A DNA stretch of 64,000 bases from positions 4,096-68,095 of the forward strand of contig JAFUCZ010000030.1 in NCBI GenBank assembly GCA_017459425.1. Reading direction: 5' to 3'. A model generated the notes under the pieces. That model was not told the DNA's origin. It saw only the letters and a program-made list of their open reading frames with translations, and ran no database searches. The DNA is from Bacilli bacterium. GTDB taxonomy: Bacteria; Bacillota_I; Bacilli_A; RF39; UBA660. Position numbers and translations under genes: made by a program. Shown here in pieces: positions 9,402-18,669 of the stretch (positions are counted from its first letter, which is position 1; every line of letters starts with the position of its first letter).

Positions 9402-9878
9402 ATGAGACCAATAAAAAATTATATTATTGCATGTGTTATTGTTGTTATTACTGTTTTTTTAACTTTATATTTAAAAAAAATGTATGAAGTAAATAATAAA
9501 TCAGATTTAGAAAAAAATGAAATATCTTATTCAAGTTTAGAAAATTATTTATACGAAAATCCTGAAGTAATAATATATTTTAAAAACGGCAATATAAAGC
9601 AAAATTTTGACGAAGAATTTATTGATGTAATAAATGATAATTCTTTATTAAATCAAACTGTATATATTGATGTGTCAGAATTAAGTGAAAACGATAAATC
9701 AGATTTTTATAGTAAATATTGTAGTAATTTTACTAATAAGGATAGTTTATATAGTGTTCCAAATATAGTTTTAGTTAAAGATAAAAAAGTTGTTGCCGTA
9801 TTTAATCAATTTTATCCTGATTTAAATAGTCAAAATATTTCATCGTTCTTAATATCAAATGGGTGGTTAAATGATTAA
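9402..9878 (+). CDS. Membrane-anchored thioredoxin-fold-like protein lacking CxxC (paralog of 8001-8408)
   Basis: N-terminal TM (YIIACVIVVITVFLTLYL). DVSELSENDKSDF...VPNIVLVKDKKVVAVF parallels DISKLSDNEKNLI...TPTTIFIEKGVASS of the upstream lipoprotein. No CxxC. Confidence 0.45.
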   Translation: MRPIKNYIIACVIVVITVFLTLYLKKMYEVNNKSDLEKNEISYSSLENYLYENPEVIIYFKNGNIKQNFDEEFIDVINDNSLLNQTVYIDVSELSENDKSDFYSKYCSNFTNKDSLYSVPNIVLVKDKKVVAVFNQFYPDLNSQNISSFLISNGWLND

Positions 9879-10377
9879 TGTAGTTTTATATCAACCAGAA
9901 ATACCACAAAATACTGGAAATATAATGAGAACATGTGCAGGTACTGATACAAAGCTTCATTTGATAAAGCCACTTGGTTTTTCATTAGATGAAAAAAGTA
10001 TTAAAAGAAGTGGAGCAAATTATATAAGTGAATGTGATTATACTGTATATGAAGACTGGGATGATTTTTGCTCTAAAAATGATGGAACATTTTACTATTT
10101 AACTAGATATGGAAAAAAACCTCATACTTCATTTGATTATAGTAATAAAGATGAAAATATTTACTTAGTTTTTGGAAGAGAAAGTACAGGTATTCCAAAA
10201 GAATTGTTAAGTTCTGATATTGATCATTGTCTTAGAATTCCTATGAATGATAGTATAAGAGCACTTAATTTATCAAATACAGTTGCCATAATGGTATATG
10301 AAGTTTTAAGGCAACAAAATTACCGTAATCTATTATTTACAGAACCTTTTAAGGGTAAAGATTATTTGGAAAAATAA
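9871..10377 (+). CDS. trmL: tRNA (cytidine/uridine-2'-O)-methyltransferase TrmL (SpoU/TrmH family)
   Basis: MINVVLYQPEIPQNTGNIMRTCAGT N-terminus and C-terminal LNLSNTVAIMVYEVLRQ knot motif are typical of TrmL/YibK. Confidence 0.85.
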   Translation: MINVVLYQPEIPQNTGNIMRTCAGTDTKLHLIKPLGFSLDEKSIKRSGANYISECDYTVYEDWDDFCSKNDGTFYYLTRYGKKPHTSFDYSNKDENIYLVFGRESTGIPKELLSSDIDHCLRIPMNDSIRALNLSNTVAIMVYEVLRQQNYRNLLFTEPFKGKDYLEK

Positions 10378-10431
10378 CTTGTGTAATTTCACACGATGTG
10401 ATATATTATACGTAGAATAAGGGAGGCTAGT

Positions 10432-11037
10432 ATGGATTTTTTTAGTAGTTATATGTGGATTATTGGTTTATGCGTAGTAATAATACTTGCAGTTATTGGT
10501 TTTATTGCGGATAAAACAAATTTTATAGATAAGCAAAGTAAAAAAAGAAATTCTAAAAAGACAGAAGAAACTGTGAATAATACTGATTCGTCATCTGTAG
10601 GTGATTTAAATAGGGGCTTAAATGATGCTTTTGTTAATTCAATTAGCCAAAATAATGGAGCAGATAATATTGCTCAAAATACTCAAACTTCTGAAGATGT
10701 TTTTGCTGATTTAGCGCAAGATACAAAACCAGAAGATAAAAATGAAGTCCCAAGTGAGTTATTTGAACCACTAGGAGATACTAAAAAAACAGATGATGAA
10801 AATATTCCGAGTGATTTATATGAACCAATTGAAGAAAGTTCAAAAAAACCAGTTGAAGAAAGTATTCCAAGTGATTTGTATGAACCGATTGAAGAAAGTG
10901 TAAAATCAACTGAAGAAAAAAATGATGATAGTGAAGTATTAGCTGATTTATCAGAACAAAATAATAATCAAGTTAGTACTGATGAACAAGTTGTTGATTT
11001 TTCAAGTACTGATGATGATGAAGTGTGGAAATTTTAA
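10432..11037 (+). CDS. N-terminally anchored acidic repeat protein, function unknown
   Basis: TM helix (MWIIGLCVVIILAVIGFI) followed by a D/E-rich low-complexity region with (I/V)PS(D/E)L(Y/F)EP repeats. Confidence 0.5.
   Translation: MDFFSSYMWIIGLCVVIILAVIGFIADKTNFIDKQSKKRNSKKTEETVNNTDSSSVGDLNRGLNDAFVNSISQNNGADNIAQNTQTSEDVFADLAQDTKPEDKNEVPSELFEPLGDTKKTDDENIPSDLYEPIEESSKKPVEESIPSDLYEPIEESVKSTEEKNDDSEVLADLSEQNNNQVSTDEQVVDFSSTDDDEVWKF
10747..10899 (+). repeat. Three tandem coding repeats (57-60 nt period)
   Basis: attccgagtgatttatatgaaccaattgaagaaagt (10804-10839) and attccaagtgatttgtatgaaccgattgaagaaagt (10864-10899) are near identical. A diverged copy lies at 10747-10782. Confidence 0.8.
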
Positions 11038-11060
11038 AACCTTTTTAAGGTTTTTTATTT
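11036..11060 (+). terminator. Rho-independent terminator
   Basis: 8-bp stem aaaacctt/aaggtttt, loop ttt, then a T-run. Confidence 0.7.
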
Positions 11061-11096
11061 TTAAAAATTATGTTATAATTTTAAGCAGGTGGTAAT

Positions 11097-11822
11097 ATGG
11101 AACGACTTCAAAAGGTTATTGCAAATAGTGGATATTGTTCTAGAAGAAAAGCAGAAGAACTTATTTTAAATGGACATGTTTTTGTAGATGGAGTACGAGT
11201 AACTGAACTTGGTGTAAAAGTTAATGGTAATTCAGCTATACAAATAGATGGTGTTACTTTAAAAACTGAAGCAAAGGAGTATATTTTATTTTATAAACCA
11301 CGAAGTGTAATATGTTCTGTTAGTGATGAAAAAAATAGAAAAACTGTAGTTGATTTAGTTAAAAGTGATAAACGTATATACCCAGTTGGAAGGCTTGATT
11401 ATGATACTACAGGGGTACTACTTCTTACAAATGATGGCGAATTATCTAATCTGCTTATTAGTCCTAAAAGTCATGTTAGTAAAACCTATGTTGCTAAAGT
11501 TAGTGGTTGTTTTAAAAAAGACGATGCAAAAATAATGGCAACTGGTGTAGAAATAGATGGGTATACTACAAAAAAATGTAATGTAAAAATAAAAAGATAT
11601 GACAAAAAAAATAATGTTACTTTTGTGGAAGTTACATTATATGAAGGTAAAAATCATCAAGTAAAAAAAATGTTTGAGGCTTTAGGTTTTATGGTTATTA
11701 AGTTAAAAAGAGAGATGTTTGCATTTTTAACTCTTGATGGATTATCTAGTGGTCAATATAGATATTTGACTATAAAAGAAGTTCATAAATTATATAGTTT
11801 AGTACAACAAAAGAAGAGTTAA
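11097..11822 (+). CDS. rluB: Pseudouridine synthase, RsuA/RluB family
   Basis: S4 domain (MERLQKVIANSGYCSRRKAEELILNGHVFVDG) and catalytic block GRLDYDTTGVLLLTNDGEL. Confidence 0.85.
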   Translation: MERLQKVIANSGYCSRRKAEELILNGHVFVDGVRVTELGVKVNGNSAIQIDGVTLKTEAKEYILFYKPRSVICSVSDEKNRKTVVDLVKSDKRIYPVGRLDYDTTGVLLLTNDGELSNLLISPKSHVSKTYVAKVSGCFKKDDAKIMATGVEIDGYTTKKCNVKIKRYDKKNNVTFVEVTLYEGKNHQVKKMFEALGFMVIKLKREMFAFLTLDGLSSGQYRYLTIKEVHKLYSLVQQKKS

Positions 11823-12025
11823 TCCTCTTCTTTTATAGCGCCAGTAGGACATCCTTCTAATGCGTCCATTACATCGTTTTGTAAATCACTACTTGCTTCA
11901 TCGTATTTGAATTCTTTTTTTACTTGAGCTAAGCCTTCATCATTGAATTCATATGCATCAGGTGCGATTGCAGCACATGCTCCACATCCTATACATACAT
12001 CTTGATCAACATAAATTTTTTTCAT
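11819..12025 (-). CDS. fer: Small [4Fe-4S]/[3Fe-4S] ferredoxin
   Basis: MKKIYVDQDVCIGCGACAAIAPD...EGCPTGAI. AAGGAGGA RBS upstream of ATG 12025; the track ORF start at 12073 is too far upstream. Confidence 0.85.
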   Translation of the reverse strand: MKKIYVDQDVCIGCGACAAIAPDAYEFNDEGLAQVKKEFKYDEASSDLQNDVMDALEGCPTGAIKEED

Positions 12026-12133
12026 TTTTTTCCTCCTTAGTGTAATTATAGAAAAAAATGTGTAAAATGGCAAGTAAAAGGTTTTAAAAAAATATAAAAT
12101 ATGGTATTATGTAAATAATACTGGGGTGATTTT

Positions 12134-12907
12134 ATGAGTAGTAGGATGGAAAGGTATTATACTAAATCTTCTAATCCAAAATCAAGAATAAAGAATAATG
12201 AAGAATTATATAAAAAAATATATGAAATGGGCGAATATACAAATGTAGAAGGAATTGCTACTATTGAAAGTGGTAATGATATTGATATTTCTAAAGTTAA
12301 AGAACTACTTAGTAAACGTGATAAAGAGCAAACTGTATCCCATAAAAGTACTATTGAAAGAACAGAACCAATAAAGGTCCAAATAGAAGAAATAGATACT
12401 GATAGAAATTTTGATATTCGAGATGTTCTTAATAAAGCAAAAGAATCTAAACCAAAAGAAGAAGATAAAATGCGTAGTTTAAAAAATACACAGTATGATA
12501 TATTAAAAGGATTAAATCTAAAAAAATCACCTGGTGAAGATGTTGATTTAAAAGATTTAATTAATACTATAACTCATAATAGTGCACTTAATAAACTAGC
12601 AAGTGCTGATGATGGTGATTCATTATTGGATGATTTAATATCAAAAGGTAAAACAGATGCAATTGATACAAAATCAATAAATGCTATTATTAATGAAGAA
12701 AAAAAAGAATATGAAAAAAAGAAGAATGATGAACTTGATATAGATAAATCATTTTATACTTCTAGTTTTAATTTTAAATCAGATGATTTTGAAACTATGG
12801 TTGATTTAACAAATAGTTTGAAGAAAAGAAATAGACTTATAAAGATTTTGATATTTTTTGTAGTAATTGCCTTAGCAGTTATAATTACTTATTTGGTTTT
12901 AAAATAG
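12134..12907 (+). CDS. Tail-anchored K/E/D-rich protein, function unknown
   Basis: 257 aa, charged and low complexity, with a single C-terminal TM (LIKILIFFVVIALAVIITYLVL). Confidence 0.5.
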   Translation: MSSRMERYYTKSSNPKSRIKNNEELYKKIYEMGEYTNVEGIATIESGNDIDISKVKELLSKRDKEQTVSHKSTIERTEPIKVQIEEIDTDRNFDIRDVLNKAKESKPKEEDKMRSLKNTQYDILKGLNLKKSPGEDVDLKDLINTITHNSALNKLASADDGDSLLDDLISKGKTDAIDTKSINAIINEEKKEYEKKKNDELDIDKSFYTSSFNFKSDDFETMVDLTNSLKKRNRLIKILIFFVVIALAVIITYLVLK

Positions 12908-12926
12908 CATTAATTGCTATTTTTTA
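12902..12926. terminator. Bidirectional terminator between convergent genes
   Basis: 7-bp stem aatagca/tgctatt with A-run and T-run flanks. Confidence 0.5.
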
Positions 12927-13971
12927 TTATCCATAAAAAAAATATTATACATATAAAAATAAAGCTTATTACAATAAAAAGATTTGTAATTGAAAATTGT
13001 TTAAAAATATTATTGCTTAATAAGCAAATTATAAGTACTGTGCATGAAAAAAATATGTTAAATTTATTTGTGTTTTTAAATTTTGTTATTTGTAATATAC
13101 TTTTTTTTGAGTAGTAAAAGCAAATAACTATGAAACTAAATAAATTTATCATCCAATAGATTGCTAGAGCTGGTTCTAAATTATTTATAAATCCCGCAAT
13201 ATTAGCAAATTTTAATACTTCGTATTCTGGATATTGGTAAACTTCAATTAATTCAATACCTAGTATGCTGATGTTAAAAAATATTGTTAAAAAAAATACT
13301 ATGTTGCCAATTAAATATGCTATTATTGTATGTTTTTTTAGATTTTTACTGTTTTGTATTTCGTTTTTTGAAAAAATATTTAAAAAAAATAAAGGAGTTA
13401 AAATAAATGATACATGTAAAAATACGGTTTTAAAAAATTCTGAAATGTTGTTTTGAAATATTGGAAATAATTCGTGTGTATTTATTTGTCCAAATAATCC
13501 TAATGAACTTGTTATAAAAAGAATTATTTCTATAAAAATAAGTATTACTATTGATCTTGAAATTATTGATATATTTTTTGTTAATATATAAATAGTGGGT
13601 AGTGCAAAAGCAAATGAAATAAAATTGAGTGGTGTTTTATAAAGATATTCTACTGATATAAAATTAGTTAAGATAAAAAAAATATATGCTCCAATTATAA
13701 ATGCCAATATAATAAATATTGTATTTATTATATTGCCAAATATTTTTCCAAATATTTTTATATTTAAGCTGTTTATATTTAATTTGCTATTTTTTTCTTT
13801 AATTTTAGTAAATAATAGTAAAGGAATTATTCCGATAATTGTTCCTATTATTGGAATCAAATATGCATCTGTTTTAACATTTTTAGTATATATATTTAAA
13901 GAAATTAAACTAAATCCTTGCGTTAAAAAAAACAACATGCAATCATATTCAAATATTTTTATTTTTTTCAT
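12910..13971 (-). CDS. Spore germination protein, GerAB/GerKB-type permease subunit
   Basis: 353-aa protein with about 10 TM helices, overlapping the upstream GerAC-type gene; third gene of a gerA-type operon. Confidence 0.75.
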   Translation of the reverse strand: MKKIKIFEYDCMLFFLTQGFSLISLNIYTKNVKTDAYLIPIIGTIIGIIPLLLFTKIKEKNSKLNINSLNIKIFGKIFGNIINTIFIILAFIIGAYIFFILTNFISVEYLYKTPLNFISFAFALPTIYILTKNISIISRSIVILIFIEIILFITSSLGLFGQINTHELFPIFQNNISEFFKTVFLHVSFILTPLFFLNIFSKNEIQNSKNLKKHTIIAYLIGNIVFFLTIFFNISILGIELIEVYQYPEYEVLKFANIAGFINNLEPALAIYWMINLFSFIVICFYYSKKSILQITKFKNTNKFNIFFSCTVLIICLLSNNIFKQFSITNLFIVISFIFICIIFFLWIIKNSN

Positions 13972-15038
13972 GAATTATTATTCTCCTTTATTGTAGTTTG
14001 CTGTAGATTATCATCAGTTATTAAGTTTATTTTAATATTTGGGTTTATTTTTTTAAATTCAGTACCCCAGGTATCTTTAATTTTATTAAAATAAGAGGCG
14101 TTGTTTTTATATATCATGTTTCCAAATCCAAATATATCTATGTCATTATTTTTTGAAATTTCTATGCCTTCTTGTATTAATTTTTTAATTTCATTTTTAG
14201 TTTTGTTTTTAATTTCGTTTATAGTTTGTTTTTTAATCTCATAGTTTATTTCTTTTATAGTATAATTTTCTTTTATATTTATGTTTATAATTGTATTATT
14301 TTTAATTTTAGTCTTGGTATTTATATTTGAAAGTTTAATTGTAGCTATGTTTTTATTATCAGATTTTATTGGTATAATCATTTCTTTTGTTTTATTATAA
14401 ATTAAATTTATTCCTTTACTTTGATTTTCATTAGAAAATGCTACTAATTTGTAATTGTTAAATAAAGCAAGTGTGGAGCTAACATCAATGGTATTATCTT
14501 TAATTGTAATTACAGGTAAAACAGGATCAATTCCTGGTTTTATTAAAGTTTTTAAAAAATCAGAAAAGGTTATTTCGTTATTAATATCTGATAAAATATT
14601 TTTTGATAATTTTGTTTCTAAGTTTGATATTTCATTTATTGTTTCTTTTGAACTTTTATCTTTAGAAAGTGCTAGATAAAAATTTTGACTATATTCTTTT
14701 GATTTTATTAGATAATTTATTAGTTGATTTAAATTGTTTTTTGCAAGTTCCTCATTAATTATTATTATTGATAGGTGACCTGTATATATTTTTTTTGGTA
14801 GTGTTAATTGAATATTATTAATAGCTTCACTAATAGATTTACCAGCCGCAGTATAAATTATATTTGATTCAGTATTTGACTTAGTGTTTTCAATTGAAAA
14901 ACTAACTTCAAATTCATCTCCGTTTTTATCTATTGCCATTTTAGTTATTATTGCAAGATTGTTTAATTCTTTGTAATCAAAGCAACCAGTTAACATAAAA
15001 ATAATAAATAAAACTATAATTTTTTTTAATATTTTCAT
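13968..15038 (-). CDS. Spore germination lipoprotein, Ger(x)C family
   Basis: Lipobox MLTGC followed by the FDYKELNNLAII motif typical of GerAC; size is about 350 aa. Confidence 0.8.
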   Translation of the reverse strand: MKILKKIIVLFIIFMLTGCFDYKELNNLAIITKMAIDKNGDEFEVSFSIENTKSNTESNIIYTAAGKSISEAINNIQLTLPKKIYTGHLSIIIINEELAKNNLNQLINYLIKSKEYSQNFYLALSKDKSSKETINEISNLETKLSKNILSDINNEITFSDFLKTLIKPGIDPVLPVITIKDNTIDVSSTLALFNNYKLVAFSNENQSKGINLIYNKTKEMIIPIKSDNKNIATIKLSNINTKTKIKNNTIININIKENYTIKEINYEIKKQTINEIKNKTKNEIKKLIQEGIEISKNNDIDIFGFGNMIYKNNASYFNKIKDTWGTEFKKINPNIKINLITDDNLQQTTIKENNNS

Positions 15039-15041
15039 ATA

Positions 15042-16496
15042 TTAATCCTCTATTCTTTTTTTGTTTTTAGTTAGATATACAGGTCTATATTTCATTTTTT
15101 TCTTAGAAAATCTAGTAATTACATCAGTTTGTGCTTTTGGATAAAATGGACTTATTGGTGTTAAGTATGGTATACCGTTTGATTCCATACTACAAAGATT
15201 AATTGTAAAAATTATTCCTGCAATTACAAATCCTGGGATTCCAAGCACTGTAGAAAAAATCAAAAAAATTAATCTCCATAATCTTATCGCATTTACAAAG
15301 TCGATATCATTAAAAATTAAGCTTCCAATAGAAGTTATAGCAACTATTATTATTACTATTGGGGATACAATTCCTGCAGAAACAGCTGCATCTCCTAAAA
15401 CTAAAGCACCAACGATACTAATTGATGCTCCCATTGCATTTGGTAGTCTAATATCCGCTTCTCTTAGAATTTCAAATACAATCATCATTATAAAAATAGA
15501 TAGTGATGTAGGAAAGGGAACTCCGTTTCTTTGTATAGAAAGGGATATTAAAAGTTCATAAGGAATTATTGTTTGGTTAAAAGTTGTGAGCGCTACATAG
15601 AGCCCAGGCGTACATAAAGTTATAAAAAAACCAATTATTCTTAAGATTCTTGTGAAAGTAATGTTTATTGGTTTTTGGTAATAATCTTCTGATGTGTGAA
15701 AAAAATCTATAAAAAGTCCAGGCGTAATTAAAACTTGGGGTGTATTTTCTACCATTATTAGTATTTTTCCTTCTAATAGTTCTGCTGTAGCAACATCAGG
15801 TCTTTCAGTGCTTCTAAATTCGGGGAATGCTGATAATGAATTTTGGGTTAAAAATTCTCTAATATATCCACTATCTATTATTCCGTCTATGTTTATTTTT
15901 TTAAGTTTATTTTCAATGAATTTTACTTTTTTGATGTTTGCTATATTTTTTATATATACTATATTTATTTTTGTTTTAGTTCGTTTTCCTATTTTTGTTT
16001 CTTTAAACCATAAGTTAGGGTCTTTTATTCTTTTTCGTATGAGTCCAATATTTGTGGCATTGTTTTCAGTAAAGCAATCTCTTGGACCTCTAATTGTAGA
16101 TTCCATTGAAGGTTCGCTTATGCTTCTATCTAATATTGATTTTGTTTCTATTGCAATCGCGTTCTTTTCACCATTAATAAAAATTATTGTATAACCACTT
16201 GAAAGGTTATAAAAAACTTGTTCATATGTATCTATTATTGATAGGTGACTATTTAATATTGAATTTTTTAATAAGTTTATTAATGGTGTTTTGATTTCTT
16301 TTTGATTATTTACGTATTTGCTTAAATCTTTCATTAAAAAACCACTTATTTTGTCATCGCTACTGACACTTTCTAGATATATGTATAAAATTTCATTATC
16401 ATTGATTTTTATTCTTCTTGTTATAATGTCACTGCTACTGCCATATTTATTTTTGATGTATTTTTCAACTTCATTAATTTGATTATTAATTTTCAT
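15042..16496 (-). CDS. Spore germination protein, GerAA/GerKA-type subunit
   Basis: Conserved GerA core (RGPRDCFTEN, PNAMGASISIVGALVLGDAAVSAGIVSP). AGGTGA RBS before ATG 16496; the track start at 16505 lies inside the RBS. Confidence 0.85.
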   Translation of the reverse strand: MKINNQINEVEKYIKNKYGSSSDIITRRIKINDNEILYIYLESVSSDDKISGFLMKDLSKYVNNQKEIKTPLINLLKNSILNSHLSIIDTYEQVFYNLSSGYTIIFINGEKNAIAIETKSILDRSISEPSMESTIRGPRDCFTENNATNIGLIRKRIKDPNLWFKETKIGKRTKTKINIVYIKNIANIKKVKFIENKLKKINIDGIIDSGYIREFLTQNSLSAFPEFRSTERPDVATAELLEGKILIMVENTPQVLITPGLFIDFFHTSEDYYQKPINITFTRILRIIGFFITLCTPGLYVALTTFNQTIIPYELLISLSIQRNGVPFPTSLSIFIMMIVFEILREADIRLPNAMGASISIVGALVLGDAAVSAGIVSPIVIIIVAITSIGSLIFNDIDFVNAIRLWRLIFLIFSTVLGIPGFVIAGIIFTINLCSMESNGIPYLTPISPFYPKAQTDVITRFSKKKMKYRPVYLTKNKKRIED

Positions 16497-16558
16497 ATAA
16501 ATCACCTTTTTTATATTATTGTCATTTTTAATTAAATTATTTATGTTATAATTTAATT

Positions 16559-17776
16559 ATGGAAGGCGATTATATGGAAAAAATATTTATTGATAGACTT
16601 GATCATCAAGGTAGAGGAATTAGTTATAAAGGTGGTAAAATAATTTTTGTGGATGGTTCCCTTGATGACGAAGAAGTAATATGTGAAATTGATGTTGAAA
16701 AGAAAAAGTATTATGAAGGTCATGTAACTGAAATTTTAAAAATGAGTAGTTCTAGAGTAAAACCTAAATGTCCATATTATGAATTATGCGGTGGATGTAA
16801 TATAATGCACATGTCATATGAAAAACAGCTTGATTTTAAAAAGAAGAAGTTATCAAGCATTATAAATAAATATGCTTCTTCTAATGTTGCGATAAATGAT
16901 ATAGTGGGAAGTAAACAGTTTAATTATAGAAATAAAATTACTTTAAAAGTTAATAAAAAAATTGGTTTATATAAAAAACAAAGTAATGATTTGGTAAATA
17001 TTAATGAGTGTTTAATTGTAGACGCTAATATTAATAAAGTAATTAAAGTCTTAAGTGAATTTATTTTTGATGATATAAAACAAATAATCATTAGATCTAG
17101 TATTAATACAAACGAAATAATGGTTTGTTTCGATAATGAAGTAAATGATGAAATTATAAGTGAATTAAAAAAATATGTTAGTTCTATTTATGTAAAAGAT
17201 AAATTAATTTATGGAAATTCATTTTTAACTGAAGTTTTAGGTGATTATAAATTCGTAATTTCACCTTCATCATTTTTTCAAGTAAATACAGATCAAGCAT
17301 TTAATATTTATATGAAAGTGTTAGAATATTGTAAATTAGAAAAAAATGATGTTGTATTAGATCTTTATTGTGGGACTGGTACTATCGGGATTTTTTTAAG
17401 TAAACATTGTAAGTCTGTTATTGGTATTGAATTAAACCCGGATGCAATAAAAAATGCATGGATTAATGCTGAAAAAAATAAAATTTCGAATATAGAATTT
17501 TATACAGGTGATGTTGGTAAGGTAATAAATAATATTAAATGTAAGCCAAATGTAATTGTTGTAGATCCACCAAGAAGTGGGCTATCAAAAGAAACTATAA
17601 ATTTTATAATAAACTTGAATGTTAAAAAGTTAATTTATGTATCTTGTGATCCAATGACTTTAGCTCGTGATATTAAGCTTTTAAGTGATAAATATAGTTT
17701 GCAAGAAGTAACTCCTTTTGATATGTTTCCTAATACATATCATGTCGAGAGTGTTTGTATATTAGAAAGGAAATAA
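16559..17776 (+). CDS. 23S rRNA (uracil-5-)-methyltransferase, RumA/RlmCD family
   Basis: TRAM-like N-terminus, 4-Cys cluster (CPYYELCGGCNIMHMSYEKQ), SAM motif LDLYCGTGTIG, catalytic VVDPPRSGL and YVSCDP. Confidence 0.85.
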   Translation: MEGDYMEKIFIDRLDHQGRGISYKGGKIIFVDGSLDDEEVICEIDVEKKKYYEGHVTEILKMSSSRVKPKCPYYELCGGCNIMHMSYEKQLDFKKKKLSSIINKYASSNVAINDIVGSKQFNYRNKITLKVNKKIGLYKKQSNDLVNINECLIVDANINKVIKVLSEFIFDDIKQIIIRSSINTNEIMVCFDNEVNDEIISELKKYVSSIYVKDKLIYGNSFLTEVLGDYKFVISPSSFFQVNTDQAFNIYMKVLEYCKLEKNDVVLDLYCGTGTIGIFLSKHCKSVIGIELNPDAIKNAWINAEKNKISNIEFYTGDVGKVINNIKCKPNVIVVDPPRSGLSKETINFIINLNVKKLIYVSCDPMTLARDIKLLSDKYSLQEVTPFDMFPNTYHVESVCILERK

Positions 17777-17778
17777 AA

Positions 17779-18426
17779 ATGAAAAAGGCGAATAAAAGTG
17801 TAGTAATATTTTTAATAGTAATTGCTATATTATCATTAACAAATTTATTAAATATTAAAATCGATGGTGAAGTGTTAAAACTTTCTGGTATTTCAGTTAT
17901 TGTTGGAGTAGTTGCTTTCTTTGTTACTAGAAAAACAAATCAAACAAAAGATGAAGGATTAAATATTAAAACTATATTTAAAGATTTTAAAGAACATCCT
18001 AAGTCAATTATATATGCATTAATACCATTTATGTCAGTTATACTATGTACTATAATTGCAAATGAATTTATTCCAGAATTTACTGATCATTTAAAAGATA
18101 GAATTGATTTTACTACATCAACTGATTTAATGGAAACTATTTTAACAATGGCAGTTCTTACTTTGGGAGAAGAAATAGCATGGAGAGGATTTTTTCAAAA
18201 GCAAACTTCTAAAAAAACACATTATATACTATCAATAATTGTAACTTCTTTATTATTTGCATTAGGACATTATAGTGTAGGAAGTTTTAAAATAGTAGCG
18301 TATGATTTATTATTTGTATTTATCGATTCATCATTATTTGGTTTAGTATTTAAAGAAACAGATAATGCATGGTGTAGTTGGATATCACATTTCTTAGCAG
18401 ATGTTTTAGCATTATTCTTAATCTAA
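17779..18426 (+). CDS. CPBP-family intramembrane metalloprotease (Abi/CAAX-like)
   Basis: Motif 1 EEIAWRGFF, motif 2 FALGHY, C-terminal SHFLADV, multiple TMs. ATG 17779 follows the RBS agaaagga. Confidence 0.8.
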   Translation: MKKANKSVVIFLIVIAILSLTNLLNIKIDGEVLKLSGISVIVGVVAFFVTRKTNQTKDEGLNIKTIFKDFKEHPKSIIYALIPFMSVILCTIIANEFIPEFTDHLKDRIDFTTSTDLMETILTMAVLTLGEEIAWRGFFQKQTSKKTHYILSIIVTSLLFALGHYSVGSFKIVAYDLLFVFIDSSLFGLVFKETDNAWCSWISHFLADVLALFLI

Positions 18427-18482
18427 AATTATCGGAATATTAAGATATTAATAGTTAAATTAATAAAAATAACTATGTTCGA

Positions 18483-18511
18483 TTGATTTATAAAAACAAT
18501 TATGATATATT
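18483..18511 (+). promoter_or_regulatory. Putative extended -10 sigma-A promoter inside repeat copy 1
   Basis: TTGATT (18483-18488), 17-nt spacer, TGaTATATT (TG 18503-18504; -10 at 18506-18511). The same element lies at 21028-21056 in copy 2. Confidence 0.4.
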
Positions 18512-18604
18512 GTAAATGTATTAATTATTTTGCCATGAGTTAATATGACAATTTGGACGCTAAGGTTCTAATTCTTAAGACAAGGAAGAATTATTGCATG
18601 CTGC

Positions 18605-18646
18605 GGGATATCCCTTTTAATAGGATGAAGGGGATATCTTTTTTTT
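18605..18646 (+). terminator. Leader terminator/attenuator hairpin upstream of the ORF6N gene
   Basis: gatatccc (18607-18614) pairs with gggatatc (18631-18638), followed by T8. It lies about 20 nt upstream of the AAGGAGG RBS, so it sits inside the 5' leader rather than after a gene. Confidence 0.55.
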
Positions 18647-18669
18647 ATTCTAAAGAAGGAGGTTAAAAC

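Noticed and set aside
18540-18646. Assignment of the duplicated leader to a known riboswitch class (c-di-GMP-I/GEMM, ykkC/guanidine, THF), prompted by GGACGCTAAGG and CTAAGGTTC resembling GGACGCAAAGC and CUAGGGUUCCG.
   Set aside because: The flanking conserved helices and motifs of those classes are missing (the GNRA-capped P1 and GCAAAC for GEMM-I; GGUCCGAGAG/ACGG/GGGA for ykkC; the pseudoknot blocks for THF). It is kept only as an unclassified structured leader.
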